A DNA stretch of 46,152 nt, the filler included, from Jimgerdemannia flammicorona (lineage: Eukaryota): the NCBI GenBank assembly GCA_003990765.1. It is 2 parts of 2 records of this genome, joined end to end, with 100 filler letters (N's around TTAATTAATTAA, not from the genome) between each part and the next. Parts side by side here need not be neighbours in the genome. Positions count along the whole stretch, not along the records: positions 1 to 23,029 come from RBNJ01001168.1; 1 more part is not named here. One strand, 5' to 3'. The position numbers were made by a program, and so were the translations under genes. The number at the start of each line of letters is the position of its first letter. Position 1 is the first letter of the stretch. A model generated the notes under the pieces. It saw nothing but the letters and a program-made list of their open reading frames with translations, had not been told where the DNA came from and did no database searches. Shown piece by piece: positions 1-11,640 of this stretch.

Positions 1-962
1 AATATTAAATTTATTATTTTTAAATTTTTATTTTATCTTTAAAAAAAAATCTAAAAAAAAAAAATTTATTGGTTTAGTTTTGGAATCAAATTATTTATAA
101 ATATTCTTTATTTAATAGATAGATAATAAATTGAGATATATATTTAAAACTTATTATAATTATTCTTTTAATATTTCTCTATAATTCCATATAATATATT
201 TTTTAAAATCTTATTTATTTTATCTTTTAAAAAAATAATAAATAAACTCTTTTTAAATATATATAAATATATAAAATATATTATTAATATACTGAATTCA
301 AACATTAAAGCAATGATATTTTGTTCAAAGAAGGCTATTTAAGTATACTTTCTACTCATAATAAACTATAATTTATTTATTAAATAGATTAGTTATAGTT
401 TGAAATTATGTATATAAATTACTAGAGTATTAAATATATATATAAATAATAGGAGAATAAATAGATACTGTATAGAAAAGAGTGATATTAGGTAACTAGA
501 AGTATATAGTATCTTCTAATAAAACAAAAATCAATTTTTTGGATTCTGCATATGATATCTGCCTTTTTCCATCATCTTTGAATTTTACATCAATCAATGT
601 CATGTGACTTTTCCATATTGAAAATGCTGCGAAACTACTTTAAACTGACTGTAAAACTACTTTAAATTAACTGCAAATACTCAAATGATATATTATTATT
701 ATTTCAAATATCTAAGATACTATAAAATTGAATCAAAGATACAAAATATCACTTAATGCAAGTTATATGATATTGATTGATATAAAATTCAAAGATAATG
801 GAATCCAAAATAATTTATTTTTGTTTTATTAGAGGATACTATATACTTTTAGTTATCTAATATCAGTCTTTTCTCTACAGTATTTATTTATTCTCCTATT
901 ATTCTTATATATATGTTTAATACTTTAGTAATTTATATAATTTCAAACTATAACTAATCTAT
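1..962. repeat. AT-rich foldback (long inverted repeat) element, right arm cut by LTR insertion
   Basis: 383-610 is the reverse complement of 760-962 (e.g. tccatcatctttgaattttacatcaatcaatgtcatgtgactt vs aagttatatgatattgattgatataaaattcaaagataatgga), with a ~150-bp loop. 1-471 recurs in direct orientation at ~34182-34619. Confidence 0.8.
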
Positions 963-1428
963 TGTGATAGCTGATCTAAATTAGTAATATGAAACAGGAG
1001 AATTATATATTTGATTGTGGTATCTGAATCTGATTCTCAATATAGCTTAGTCTTATAAATAGCAGTCATATTCTGTGAAGTACAGAAACTTTAATATTTG
1101 CAAAGATTTAAGAGATATTAGAATATTTGCAATTAGTGCAATCCTAGCAGATGTTAAAAGATTCAATACTTGTGAAATGACTCATAACTTAGCTATCTTA
1201 TAGCTAGCAAAACATATATAAATAACCCAGCATCTTAGAGTAAATAAACCTCAGATTGAAATAATTTAAAGTAAAGAGAAAGCAAAGGAACTAGTAAGCC
1301 TGCAGGCAGATATACTTCAAACTCACCCACTCCTCCAACTCTGAGGACTCTACAAGAGTGAGAGTAAGTCAAGTTTTAAGATATAGAAATCCAACATACT
1401 TCAAAGGTTAAGCATTCACTATATTACA
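963..1428 (+). repeat. 5' LTR of element B
   Basis: Termini tgtgata...tattaca, TATAAATA at 1217-1224, followed by a TGG-initiated PBS. No partner LTR in the window. Confidence 0.75.
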
Positions 1429-1431
1429 ACT

Positions 1432-1456
1432 TGGTGCTTATTGGCTGGTAATTCAA
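1432..1456 (+). promoter_or_regulatory. Primer binding site of B, possibly tRNA-Gly
   Basis: tggtgcttattggctggtaattcaa, 3 nt after the LTR, resembles the complement of a tRNA-Gly(GCC) 3' end (TGGTGCATTGGCCGGGAATCGAA) with decay. Confidence 0.5.
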
Positions 1457-1878
1457 GATGAATCTCTCACTTTCAAGCTGAATAATGAATAACTGTCACC
1501 ACTTGAATAACTATATAAACCAAGTCAAGATATTTAGACAAGATGGATATAAGACCACCAGTATTCTATAGATATACCTCAGATGAATCAATCATCACCT
1601 TCATTGATAATTTTGAGCAGTATACTACTATAAGGATCCTGACAGCAGTACAGCAAGTAGCCCTCATGCTCTTTAGCCTACAAGATTCTGCCAGAGCAGT
1701 ATTTACAGCTACAACCTATGCAGAAAATGATACTGATACCATACTGATAGTACAGAAGACCTAGCTCTAAAACACCTATTATACAAATAAGATCAAGCAA
1801 GCCCTGAAGGATCAGCTCAATATAATATACCAAGAAATGAGTAAGGATTCAAACATATTCTACACCAGAATCCAATAT

Positions 1879-3110
1879 ATATTTTTTTTTTTTTTTTTTA
1901 TAGTCACTTGAACTCTGTCCTTTATTAACACCCTATCTATTCTCTATAAAATATACTGTTCCCACCCCTATCTGATCTCCCTAAAGGGGCCCCCCCTCCT
2001 CTTCACCCTCATATAATGAAAGACAACTTTGTCATTCACCATCACCATATGCCCATCACTCTGTTTACAGATCTCTTCTACTAGATGGTAGCATCACCCA
2101 CTCTTGGGACCCCAACCAACCCACCACTCAGTTAGCAAATCTCCCATCAACCCCTCTCACCTTAATAACTTCTCCTGTATACCTATCTGTTACCTCTCTT
2201 CAAATACAAAGAGCCAATGTCCAGCCAGCCCTACCTACACTGCTAAAACCCACTCTATAGTGAGCCAACCATTGCTCACACCACCCACTAACTGAGATCT
2301 CAAATTCTCCCAGTAATCTCTCTCTCCATCTGGCCTCCTCTCTACCCCCAGCCAGTTATCCAAAAGTTCCCCAGAACCTCACACTCTCCCAGCCAATGTT
2401 CTGGCATCTGTACAAATTCCCCAACTTACCTTATATTATAATACTCCTCACAATCTAATTGGCCACCATCCACCAGATACCCAGCATGAAAATTCAAAAT
2501 GATATTTCTCTGCAGCATCTGCTACCATACCACCCAGAACTTGGGAGGAAGCCACCTCTGTACCTCAGCACTCTATGACCAGACTCCTGCCCAGTCCCAC
2601 TCCTCACCAATCCTCACTGCCTACCAACTACTTGACCAAAGATCTGGGCCAATACCCCACTAATACTTCACTCCATTACCAATATTAAACTCAGTAAGTA
2701 GAATACCCCCCAGAAGCTGTCTGTCCCATTGCCATATAGCTGGGTCCCACAGCATCCCCCCCTCATTGCTTCACTAGCACAGGCCAATACAGTGTACTCC
2801 ATCCACCACCCCCCACCAGAAGTCCTTATATCATAGCTGTCAGCTTCCATCCAGATCTACCAGAGAGAGCAAATCACCCAAGGACCCTTATGGGGAGAAT
2901 CTCATCTCCCATACCTTCTGTATCAGTAGTACTTAACTCCAACTCTGCAAATCAATAGCCCTCTTCAACCACCATGCTCACAGGCAATGTAGTCTCTTAG
3001 GAAAGTCTACTAGGCCTAGCTCTCCCTGAACCACTGGTGTTGCTAGAGTGTCCCAACTTATTTACAATCACCTCCCTATCCAAATTCAGTCTCTAGTCAG
3101 TTTCATCAGT
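1879..3110 (-). mobile_element. 5'-truncated L1/Tx1-like LINE (3' part of ORF2, 3' UTR, poly(A))
   Basis: Poly(T) at 1882-1899, AATAAA on - at 1921-1926, 14-bp TSD ccagaatccaatat (1865-1878) / ctagaatctaatat (3111-3124). Homologous to ~21930-23029 of LINE D. Confidence 0.9.
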
Positions 3111-3299
3111 CTAGAATCTAATATTAGATAATCCTTGCAAATTATGCTGATGCTATCTAAGATTAAGTAGCTGAAGCAACCTTTATAAAAGGTCTACCCA
3201 GAGATAGCTATGGCCATTTGCTCATCACCAGTAGTTCTGGATCAGTCACAGAAGGTCACCTATGCTCAGTAATATTGGATAGCTAGACACCCACAAGAC

Positions 3300-4076
3300 T
3301 GTAATAACTCTCACTTCTACCCCTCTCTTATCCTTTGGATAATTAGGGAAGTGGACTATTACTTAGGGACTTAGTATACAATGTATACTAAGAAGCCTTC
3401 AGTTGAGGAAGTGCTCACTTACAAGTAGTTGTAGCAGCAGTGTCTTCTGTTTCAAAGATCTTTCTCTTGTGCCCTATTTCAAGGGTCTTGTTCTTTGCTG
3501 TGCACAGACTGAATTTGTCTTGGAATTCAGGTTCAATGGGTTTATTTAAGTCTTTGGGGATTTATATACCAGTCTCAGTTCTGGTAGAAGTTAGCTAGGC
3601 TTCTGGAGTTTAGTCAGAAACACTAGAGTCACTTAGATGTCATTACTAAGACTCAGGGGAATGTATATGTATGGGGGGAACTTGATTCTTGTATCAAGAA
3701 CTGAACTAAAACTGCTTTATTTTGGATGGAAACTGGGGGGTATTTATACAAGTTGGTCTGCAATTTCTGACTAAGTATGAGTGACTAATTTGGTAACTAT
3801 AATGAGGTTTGTAATTGCGACCTTTATCAGGTGGTTTTTGGCAAAAAACATCTTTGTGATCAGGATCTCAATTACTAGGCAATGATCAGCTACTGTGATA
3901 ACTGTTGCTGTAGCGCTGATTGTTGAAGATAAGCTGGATATCATTTTTCATATCATTTTCACATCGTTCATCTGTTTGTCATTTGTTATTCATATGTCGC
4001 ACTTGATCATATGATGACATCATCACTCACCAGGTCACGTGATCATTCATCACTCATTGTGCCTTGTTCTATTACA
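3300..4076 (-). repeat. 3' LTR of chromovirus A
   Basis: tgtaat...attaca, direct repeat of 11641-12417. PPT aaggagggaagga on - at 4077-4089. TATAAATA on - at 3741-3748. Confidence 0.95.
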
Positions 4077-4087
4077 TCCTTCCCTCC

Positions 4088-5005
4088 TTAGAAATCAATG
4101 TCCTTATTGATTCAGAAATTGAGAACCAGGGGAGAGAAAGGTAGAGAATCAGGGTTGTTGCCATCTTCTTCAGTAGCAAGGGAGATAGTTGCTGATGGCT
4201 CGCTGTCCAGGATGGAGAAGTCAATGAGGTCTACAAATAGTTCTTACATGGGAATGGGTGTTGGTGTAGGGGTTCTCCATCTGATGTGGTTGGGGCCATC
4301 CAAGTAGAGTTCTTGGTCCTCATGCCTGGAAATATCCATTCAGATGGGCAGTCCTTCAAAGAGGTCAGAGAGGCCTTGGAGCCATTGGTCTGAGTTGTCA
4401 TTCAGAAGGGGGCTCCAGTGAGACTCAATGTCAGTAGACTTGAGGGCAATCCAGGAGTTGGCTTCTTGAGCAACCTTGACTTCTAGGGCATCAACCTTGG
4501 AGAAAGAGAGGTTCTGGAAGTCCTTCAGTTGGATGTAGTTGAGATTGGGGATCGCAAAGAGTGCATAGTGCATGATTTGATGGACCTTTTTGGCAAGTCT
4601 TTGCTCATGCCTGTCTAGGTGAGTCCAGTCAGAGACCTGGTCAGTGGGTAGGCCATTTGTATGTTAGAGAAGCTGGTGACCAATTTCATATTCATGCCAA
4701 ATTTCTAGGCAGCTGGTAGCAAGGTAGGCCCTTTTGATAAGTTCACAGCAGTCAAGAACATACTGTCCTAGGTCCAGGCTGGAGAGGTTAAGGGCCTCTG
4801 AGTGGTGGTTCCTTCCTTGGATAGCAATCTGGATATGTCCAAAGAGGCAGTTAACCTGGCTTGGGAGGGGCCAGCTACAGCAGGCAGTTTGGTGGCAGGT
4901 AGCTTGGCTGCAGGTAGCAGGCATTCTTGTTTTATCTTTTCTTTGTGAGGAGAGGGGAATGAGAGTTGTAGGGTATTCTTGCCTTGGGTATTTATACTTA
5001 TTCAC
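4088..5005 (-). pseudogene. Accessory ORF of unknown function between pol and the 3' LTR of A
   Basis: ORFs 4664-5005 and 4340-4573 share one frame that runs, with a few stops explicable by single transitions, to a TAA abutting the PPT. Basic N-terminus, helical core, acidic tail. Confidence 0.7.
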
Positions 5006-5629
5006 CTATCTGGTGTGACCTTCATTTGGTCATGCTTTCTAGCAAAATGTATGACCTGTTGCTGTATGTAGGGCATGTGCTGGTCATATGAGAAAATTCT
5101 GATTTCAAAGATATTGTCACTTGTAGTTGTGGTTACACAGGGTTAACAGGTCTTAGTCCTCTTTTTTTTTGTCTAGTTGGTGTATTTGTGAGGACTGGCC
5201 ATCCTTATCTAGAGCGAGGGCTCCTATTGTTGTGGCTGGGGGTTCAAACCTCTTGGAAATAGACTTTTCTTATAATCTGAGGCAATTCCTAGTAACAATA
5301 TCTATCATGTGGATGGACTTAGACTGGTTTTGACATTGTCAGCTTTCCTAAGTTCCATATGAAGTATCTGTCATCATTTAGCGGAGATGATACAGATGGC
5401 ATAAAATAGAGTTGTTCAAATGTGTTTTGCTGTAATATGCTAGACTGTTCTTTACTTGGGCCTCTTCTTGTTGGTTATCCATAGTGTTCCCTTTTTGTCA
5501 CAATATTTGATATTATATGTTTCCAGATAAAATATGTAGTCTTCTTTTGTTTGCTATGTGTTCTGAATCTCAGAGTTACAAGTTCTTCCTTTGCTGGGGA
5601 GTAAGTGTTTCCATATAGTCCTGGAGGGC

Positions 5630-5775
5630 TTCACATGCATTCTTCAGAGCTTCTTCTTTTTTTCAGGTGGCATCATGGGTGGGGTAACCCTTCCACTTGA
5701 TCAGGAAAAACTACTTGACTGTTTTGGGATATTTGTAGACCTTTTGGTCAAGTACTTCCTCAATTTCGAATTTCT
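5630..5775 (-). pseudogene. Chromodomain at the integrase C-terminus of A
   Basis: Manual translation FEIEEVLDQKVYKYPKTVK*FFLIKWKGYPTHDAT*KKEEALKNA matches the chromodomain consensus. Confidence 0.85.
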
Positions 5776-5799
5776 CATGATTATTGATCCTAATTGAGA

Positions 5800-6910
5800 G
5801 TGGTGGTGGAACTATATGTTCGGGGAATGAGTTCTCATGGTAATCCACCAATTGGCTGATATGGAATACTGGGTGTACTCAGATATTGTGAGGAAGTTGC
5901 AACTTGTAGTTAACTTTGCTGACTTTTTCCACAATCTTGTATGGTCCAATTCTTCTAGCATGGAGTTTCTTGGCTAGTTGTTGTGCCAGGGTATCAGGGT
6001 AGAGGTGGTCTGTTCTAAGCATGACCATATCACCAATGTTATAGGAGACTTCTCTTCACTTCAGATTTGCATACTTGGTCTGATAGTCTTGTACTTTTAT
6101 GAGGGCATCTCTTGTTATTTACATAAGGTCAGAAATGGTCTTGGCCAGATCTTGGACTACTGGGACTGCTGATTTCACAGTAGTACTCGGAGTCCTTGGG
6201 TATTGACCATGGTTCAGGAAAAATAGAGTCTTTTTGGTAGAGGTTTGCTGACTGTTGTTGTAGGCAAACTTGGCATGGGCTAGGTACTTATCCCAATCAT
6301 TTTGTTTGTAACAGCAGAAGATGCTAAGCATCTGTTTGAGAGTCCTGTTGGTTTGCTTGGTTTGACCATCAGTCTGAGGGTAGTAGGCAGTAGAGAACTT
6401 CAGCTTGGTTTCATGGAGGGAGAAGAATGTCTTCCAGAAGTTGCTTGTGAACTTGGCATCTTGGTCAGATACAATGGTGCTAGACATGCCATATAGCTGG
6501 AATACTTGATTGAGAAAAATCTCAGCAATCTCTAGTACTGTAGTGGTGGTCTTGGTGGGTACAAAATGAGCTTGTTTACTTAGGTGGTCCACAAATACCA
6601 CAATGGCATCCCATCCTGCCTTGGTCTTGGGGAGTTGGACAATAAAGTCCATTGCAATCTGATCCCAGTTGTGACTTGGAATAGGCAAGGGTTGCAGGAG
6701 TCCTGCTGGTAGCTTGTTACTACTTTTGAACCTTTGGTATATCTCGTATGAGACCACAAAGTCTTTGATGTCCTTGGTCATCTTTGGCTAGTAGAACTCT
6801 CTTGAGAGGAGGTTGTAGGTCTTTTCAAAACCAAAGTATCCTGCTGCAGAAGTATCATGGAGTTTCTGCATGATCTTGAGTCACAGAGTATCATTATTGG
6901 GTACAACCAC
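5800..6910 (-). pseudogene. Integrase of A
   Basis: GLLQPLPIP, IAMDFIVQLP, IVSDQD, STAYYPQTDGQT motifs and a GPY motif. Confidence 0.92.
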
Positions 6911-7119
6911 TCTGTCATAGTCTCTGTAGATAAGTCTATCATGATAAGTGAATCTCTTGGCCATTTGCCTCATGAGTTCTGGGACCTCAGCCTCTGGGTC
7001 TTGGTAGAATTAAAGGAATTTCGTCAGGGGGCTATCTTGTTGGTAGCCATCCTTGATCATTTGGGTAAGGTCTCTAATTACTTCGACCATAAAGACAAGT
7101 TTATCTTCTATATATCTAG

Positions 7120-8400
7120 AGTAACTATCAGCCACATGGTTGGTTTTGCCTGGAATATACTTGATTTCCATATCAAAGTTAGCAATAATTTCCATTCAGT
7201 GGGCTTGTCTGTGGGTTAGTATGAGCTGTGTATGAATATACCATAGTACATATATAGTGATCAGTATAGGCCACAAATGGCTGTCCTAGAAGGAAGTGGC
7301 ACTATTCCTAAAGTGCAGTAACAATGGCCAGGAGTTCCTTCTCATGAGTGGTATACATACTAGGTCTCAGCTAGCTTGAGCTTTTGGGAAAGGTAGACCA
7401 CTGGGTGGTCTTCTTAGCTGAGCACTGCTCCAATAGCAATATCAGAGGCATCTATAATCAGGGTGAATGACCTGGTAGGGTCAGGTACAATTAGCACTGG
7501 GGCCTCGGTAAGGAGTCTCTTGAGATGGTCCATAGCTAAGGTGCATTCAGGGGTCCATTTAGTTTTGATATTTACTCCTTTGTGGGCCAGACTGGTCAGT
7601 GGGGCTACAATAGCAGAGTATTCTTGGATAAACCTTTGGTAATAACCGGCAATACCCAGAAAGCACTGGAGTAGCTTGAGGGTAGTAGGGATGGGAATAT
7701 CCTTAAGGACTGATATCTTTTGGGGGTCCACATTGATACCTTCAGCAGAGATGATATGTCCTAGATACTCAATCTGGTCTTGATAGAACTTACACTTACT
7801 CATCTTGGCATAGAGCTGGTGTTCTCATAGAAGGATCAGTACTTATCTGAGGTGGGTGTAGTGTAGTTCTACTGTTTCACTGTAGATTAGTATATCATCA
7901 ATATATACAAGGATACAGATGTTGAGGAGTGGTCCAAAGATGTCATTCATCAGATACTGGAAAGTTGCTGGTACATTGGTCAATCTAAAAGGCATGACTT
8001 GGAACTGGTAGTATTCAAACCATGTTTGGAAAACTGTCTTCTCAATGTTCTCCTCATCAATGAGAATCTGGTGGTAGCCATTTCATAAGTCTAGTAGAGA
8101 AAAGGTTTTGGCCTTGAAGATTTGGTATAGCAACTTATCAATCCTAGGCAAGGTATACCAGTTCTTGATGGTGATCTTGTTGAGTGCTCTGTAGTTAATA
8201 CACATTCGCAGAGAGCCATCCTTCTTCTTGACAAATAGAATAGAGGCTCCAAATGGAGAGTGGCTGGGTTCAATGTATTCTTGGGCCAGTAATTTGGTCA
8301 ATTCATCCTTGAGGGTCTTGAGCTCAGATTGGGCCAGTTGGTAGATACTCTTGTATGGGGGTTCAGATCCTGGAATAAGGTCAATTTCATGTTGGATTTG
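7120..8400 (-). pseudogene. Reverse transcriptase and RNase H of A
   Basis: [58 protein letters not shown]. Confidence 0.95.
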
Positions 8401-8639
8401 GTACTTAGGTGGAAGTCCTTGGGGATCTTGGAATACATCTTGGAATTCTTCAAACAGTTCTTGAGCTTCTGTTGGAATTGGGCTACTTATAGCTTCAGTG
8501 ACTTCTTGTACTATACAGATGAAGTAGGTGTTTCCCTTTTTTTGAGAGAGTCTCTTCATTTGAATGGCAGAGATGATTTCAATTCCTTGGTAGTTGGTAC
8601 CTTCCTGGGGTATCAGAGTGATCTTTCTGTCTTCATGGG

Positions 8640-8975
8640 TCAGGTTAACCTCATTGGTTCTCTAGTTGATGTCTGGGTTATACTGGGTCAACCAGGCTTT
8701 TCCTAGGATAATGTTCTGTCCTGGGAGGTCTATAATGCTGAAGTCTAACTTCTCTTGATATTTGCCAATCTTGAGCAAGAGATCTTCACAGATCTTGGTC
8801 AGTGATGCAGTTTTACCATCACTAAAGGTAACACTTCTTTTCTTAGTAGCTGGTCTGCTTCAGGCTCCAATCCTCTTGGTGGTCTTAGTGCTGATATAGT
8901 TTCCCATAGCACTGCTATCAAGCAAGACATTGACATTCTGTCTGTAGACTTGGCCTGTGAACTTGATGCAACTGT
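8640..8975 (-). pseudogene. Aspartic protease of A
   Basis: VNVLLDSSAMGNYIS (decayed D-S-G-A) and a downstream IILGKAWL. Confidence 0.85.
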
Positions 8976-9289
8976 CCTCCTTCTTGATAGTGTTGAGCTC
9001 TTCATCCTCATTGTTGTTGTCCCAATTGCTGTCAGTCTTCTCAAAGTCAGTTTCTCCCCATCTTTCACAAGGAGGGTTGTTTTGTTTGGGTTCCTCAGTC
9101 TGTTGGACTTGGTTTCTTTCAGAGTTGATTTTGAAAACCTTGAAGAGGCATACATGGTATTCACTAACATATTCCATGCAGTATATTTGAATAGAATGAG
9201 GGCATCATCCACATGGTGCATAACCATCTGCAATTCTCTTATACCAGTTTTCATCATCTTTCTTCATGGTAGTGATCTTTTGACTGGGA

Positions 9290-9710
9290 GGTTTGTTGGT
9301 AGATCCAAATCCTTTCTTGTCATGATCTGTCTGGGAGAGCTTGGGGACTTCTTCAATGGTGAGATCTTGATGGATTTCTTTGATGATTGCTTGGGCAATT
9401 CTTTGGCCTGCTTTGACTTCAAATGATGTATCTCCAAAATTTTGCAAGATGATATAGATTTCACCAGTAAATCCTTGATCAACTACTCCTCCTCCTAGCC
9501 CAATGTTGAACTCTTTGGCTAGGCTGCTTTGCTCAGCAAGGCAGATGTATATTCCTTTGGGAGCTTGTATTGCAATCCCTGTTCATACTGTAGTATTGGT
9601 ACTTGGTGGAATTGTGAGGTCTTGGCTGCTGTAGAGGTCATATCCAGCATCAGTTGAGTGGGCCTTAGTGGGGATGGTAGCCTTATATCATATCTTCTAT
9701 ACTTTGATGA
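9290..9710 (-). pseudogene. dUTPase domain of A, between the gag knuckle and the protease
   Basis: AGYDL-like motif, GGVVDQGFTGEI, VKAGQRIAQAII, KKGFGSTN. Confidence 0.88.
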
Positions 9711-9779
9711 CATTCTCAGAGTTCTTCTTTCCTGGACCTTCTCCAATGACAGTAATGTTCTGGTTACTGGGTTCACCTG

Positions 9780-10749
9780 TTCTGTTCTTCTTCTCAGAGC
9801 ATCTGAATGAGATGTGTTCTGCCTTCTTGCAGTTGAAGCACAATTCCTTTTCATGGAGTTGCTTCTTTTCATCCTCAGTGAGAGGTTTGGGTTCTCTGGG
9901 ATTTCACTGGTTCCTTTGATTATTTCTTTGATTATTTCTCCTAGTAGGATTTCTTCTATCTTAGTTATCCTTCTTGTGTTCTTGATTTCATAGAGCTTGT
10001 GCAGCAAGGATTTCGTGGGCTTTTCTTTGTACTTAGGCAAAACACCATGAGTAGTGGGGGCATCCTTGGGGAAGACTCTGTTTCTTGATCTTCTGGGTGA
10101 GCCCGTCTGGTAGGGCTGCAAAAAGATGGTTGGCTCTGGTACCATTGATGGCCAAGTTATTCTCCTTGTAGGTAAGTCCAACAGTTTTGAGATAGGCATC
10201 TATTCTGGTGGTAAAGGTCTCTAGATCTTCTTCACCATTCTTGTGGAACTTCATCTGGAACAGTTTGTTCCAAGTTTCTTATATATAGACCACATTTCAG
10301 AATTTGATCAGTAGTAAGGCCTTGAGTCCTGGGCCTGCTTCATAGTCATCCCAACCTGGTCTATTATTGGTAGATACTTGTCCATTGACTTGAGGGCAGT
10401 CTTCCCAGATTACTGGGTGTTGTTCCAAGGTTCACCAGAATTTGGCTACTGTTCTAGTGAAGAATGTGGCTACTGTTTCTACTTGTGCTGCTGATGTAGC
10501 AAACAGCTGTTGAAGGGTGTTGTTCTGGTTATTTGTGAGCATTCCTGTAGGTACTCAGTTATTATTTCATTGGTTTGCTCAGTAGTCTGTATCAACTGCA
10601 TTGATGAAGTTTTCAATATCACTGTTTTTTCCACTAAATGTTAGAATTTGCAAGGTCTTAGTTAGTTTGTTCTGTTCAGCAATCTGTCCTACTATCCCTG
10701 CTAGTGCTGCTAGCTGAGAAGTCAGTGCTGCAATATTGATATCTACCAT
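9780..10749 (-). pseudogene. gag: gag of A with CCHC zinc knuckle
   Basis: TFSGKNSDIENFI, EDLETFTTRIDAYL, and CFNCKKAEHISFRC at ~9799-9840. Confidence 0.8.
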
Positions 10750-11621
10750 TGTGTTGACTATTGGTAGTGGGTCTGTTGGGGTAGATTCTCCTGAAGATTT
10801 TTCTACTTGGTGAGGTTGTGGTGCTGTATAACTTGGGGTTACTTGATTTCTGGATATCAGATCAAAAAGTCCTGTGAGAGAGGGTAAACCAAATCTCTGT
10901 ATAGATAGCTGGGTTGGTTCTGGGGTCTGATCTTCTTGACCTGTGGTTCCTTGATAAATTCCTAGGCCTGCTGTTCCTCATTGGCTATCGTCAGACTGGT
11001 AACCTGTAGAGTCTTCATCTGACTCCCTTCCCTGATGAGATAGTGTGTCCTCATACTGACTAGGTCCTTCAAAGAGAATATCAGTCTCTGGCTAGGTAGA
11101 TGGGCCTACTTCTTGTTCAGCAGTAGGGGATGGTTGGCCTGCTTGCTTGTTCTTGTACCTGGTTATAGCAGAGGCATAGTATACAACTAGCCTGTAGTAG
11201 AGGGAGGTCTTGATAGGGGTATGATGATATCTGTCAGAGGCAATCCACTTGGCAGCTACTTCTCTTGCAGCAGGGGATGTCATATAATTTAAAAAATCCT
11301 GAGTGGCTACAGCAGTAGATTCAGGGGTCCTAGTGGTTCCAATATGTCCTCAGAGGAGTTCGTAGAACCTATGGTGGCTGACAATATTCCTAAGTCCTGG
11401 GTGGTAAGTTCTAAAGGTCCGGTATAGATCTTTGTAAGCCTGGTTAATTATAAGCTAGTGAGTCCTTGGGTCTGCGGTTTCTTGATACCATCTGGTCCTA
11501 ATAGCAAGGGCTTCTCTGGCTCTGGTTTAAGGATCCACAGTTGATTCTGGGAGTTTACTTCTGTCCAAGGTTGGTCTTATTTCAACTTCAGGAGTGTGTT
11601 CTTTAGTATCTTCTTGGCTGG

Positions 11622-11637
11622 TAATCTACTACTACCA
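11622..11637 (-). promoter_or_regulatory. Primer binding site of A (tRNA-iMet-like)
   Basis: tggtagtagtag on -, 3 nt inside the 5' LTR. Same type as tggtagcagtag of element C. Confidence 0.6.
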
Positions 11638-11640
11638 AGT

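Noticed and set aside
4088..5005. Accessory ORF of A as an envelope gene
   Set aside because: No signal peptide, fusion-protein features or TM anchor visible, and too short.
8329..9426. Hydrophobic plus-strand ORFs (8329-8706, 8950-9426)
   Set aside because: Antisense to the A-rich pol of element A.
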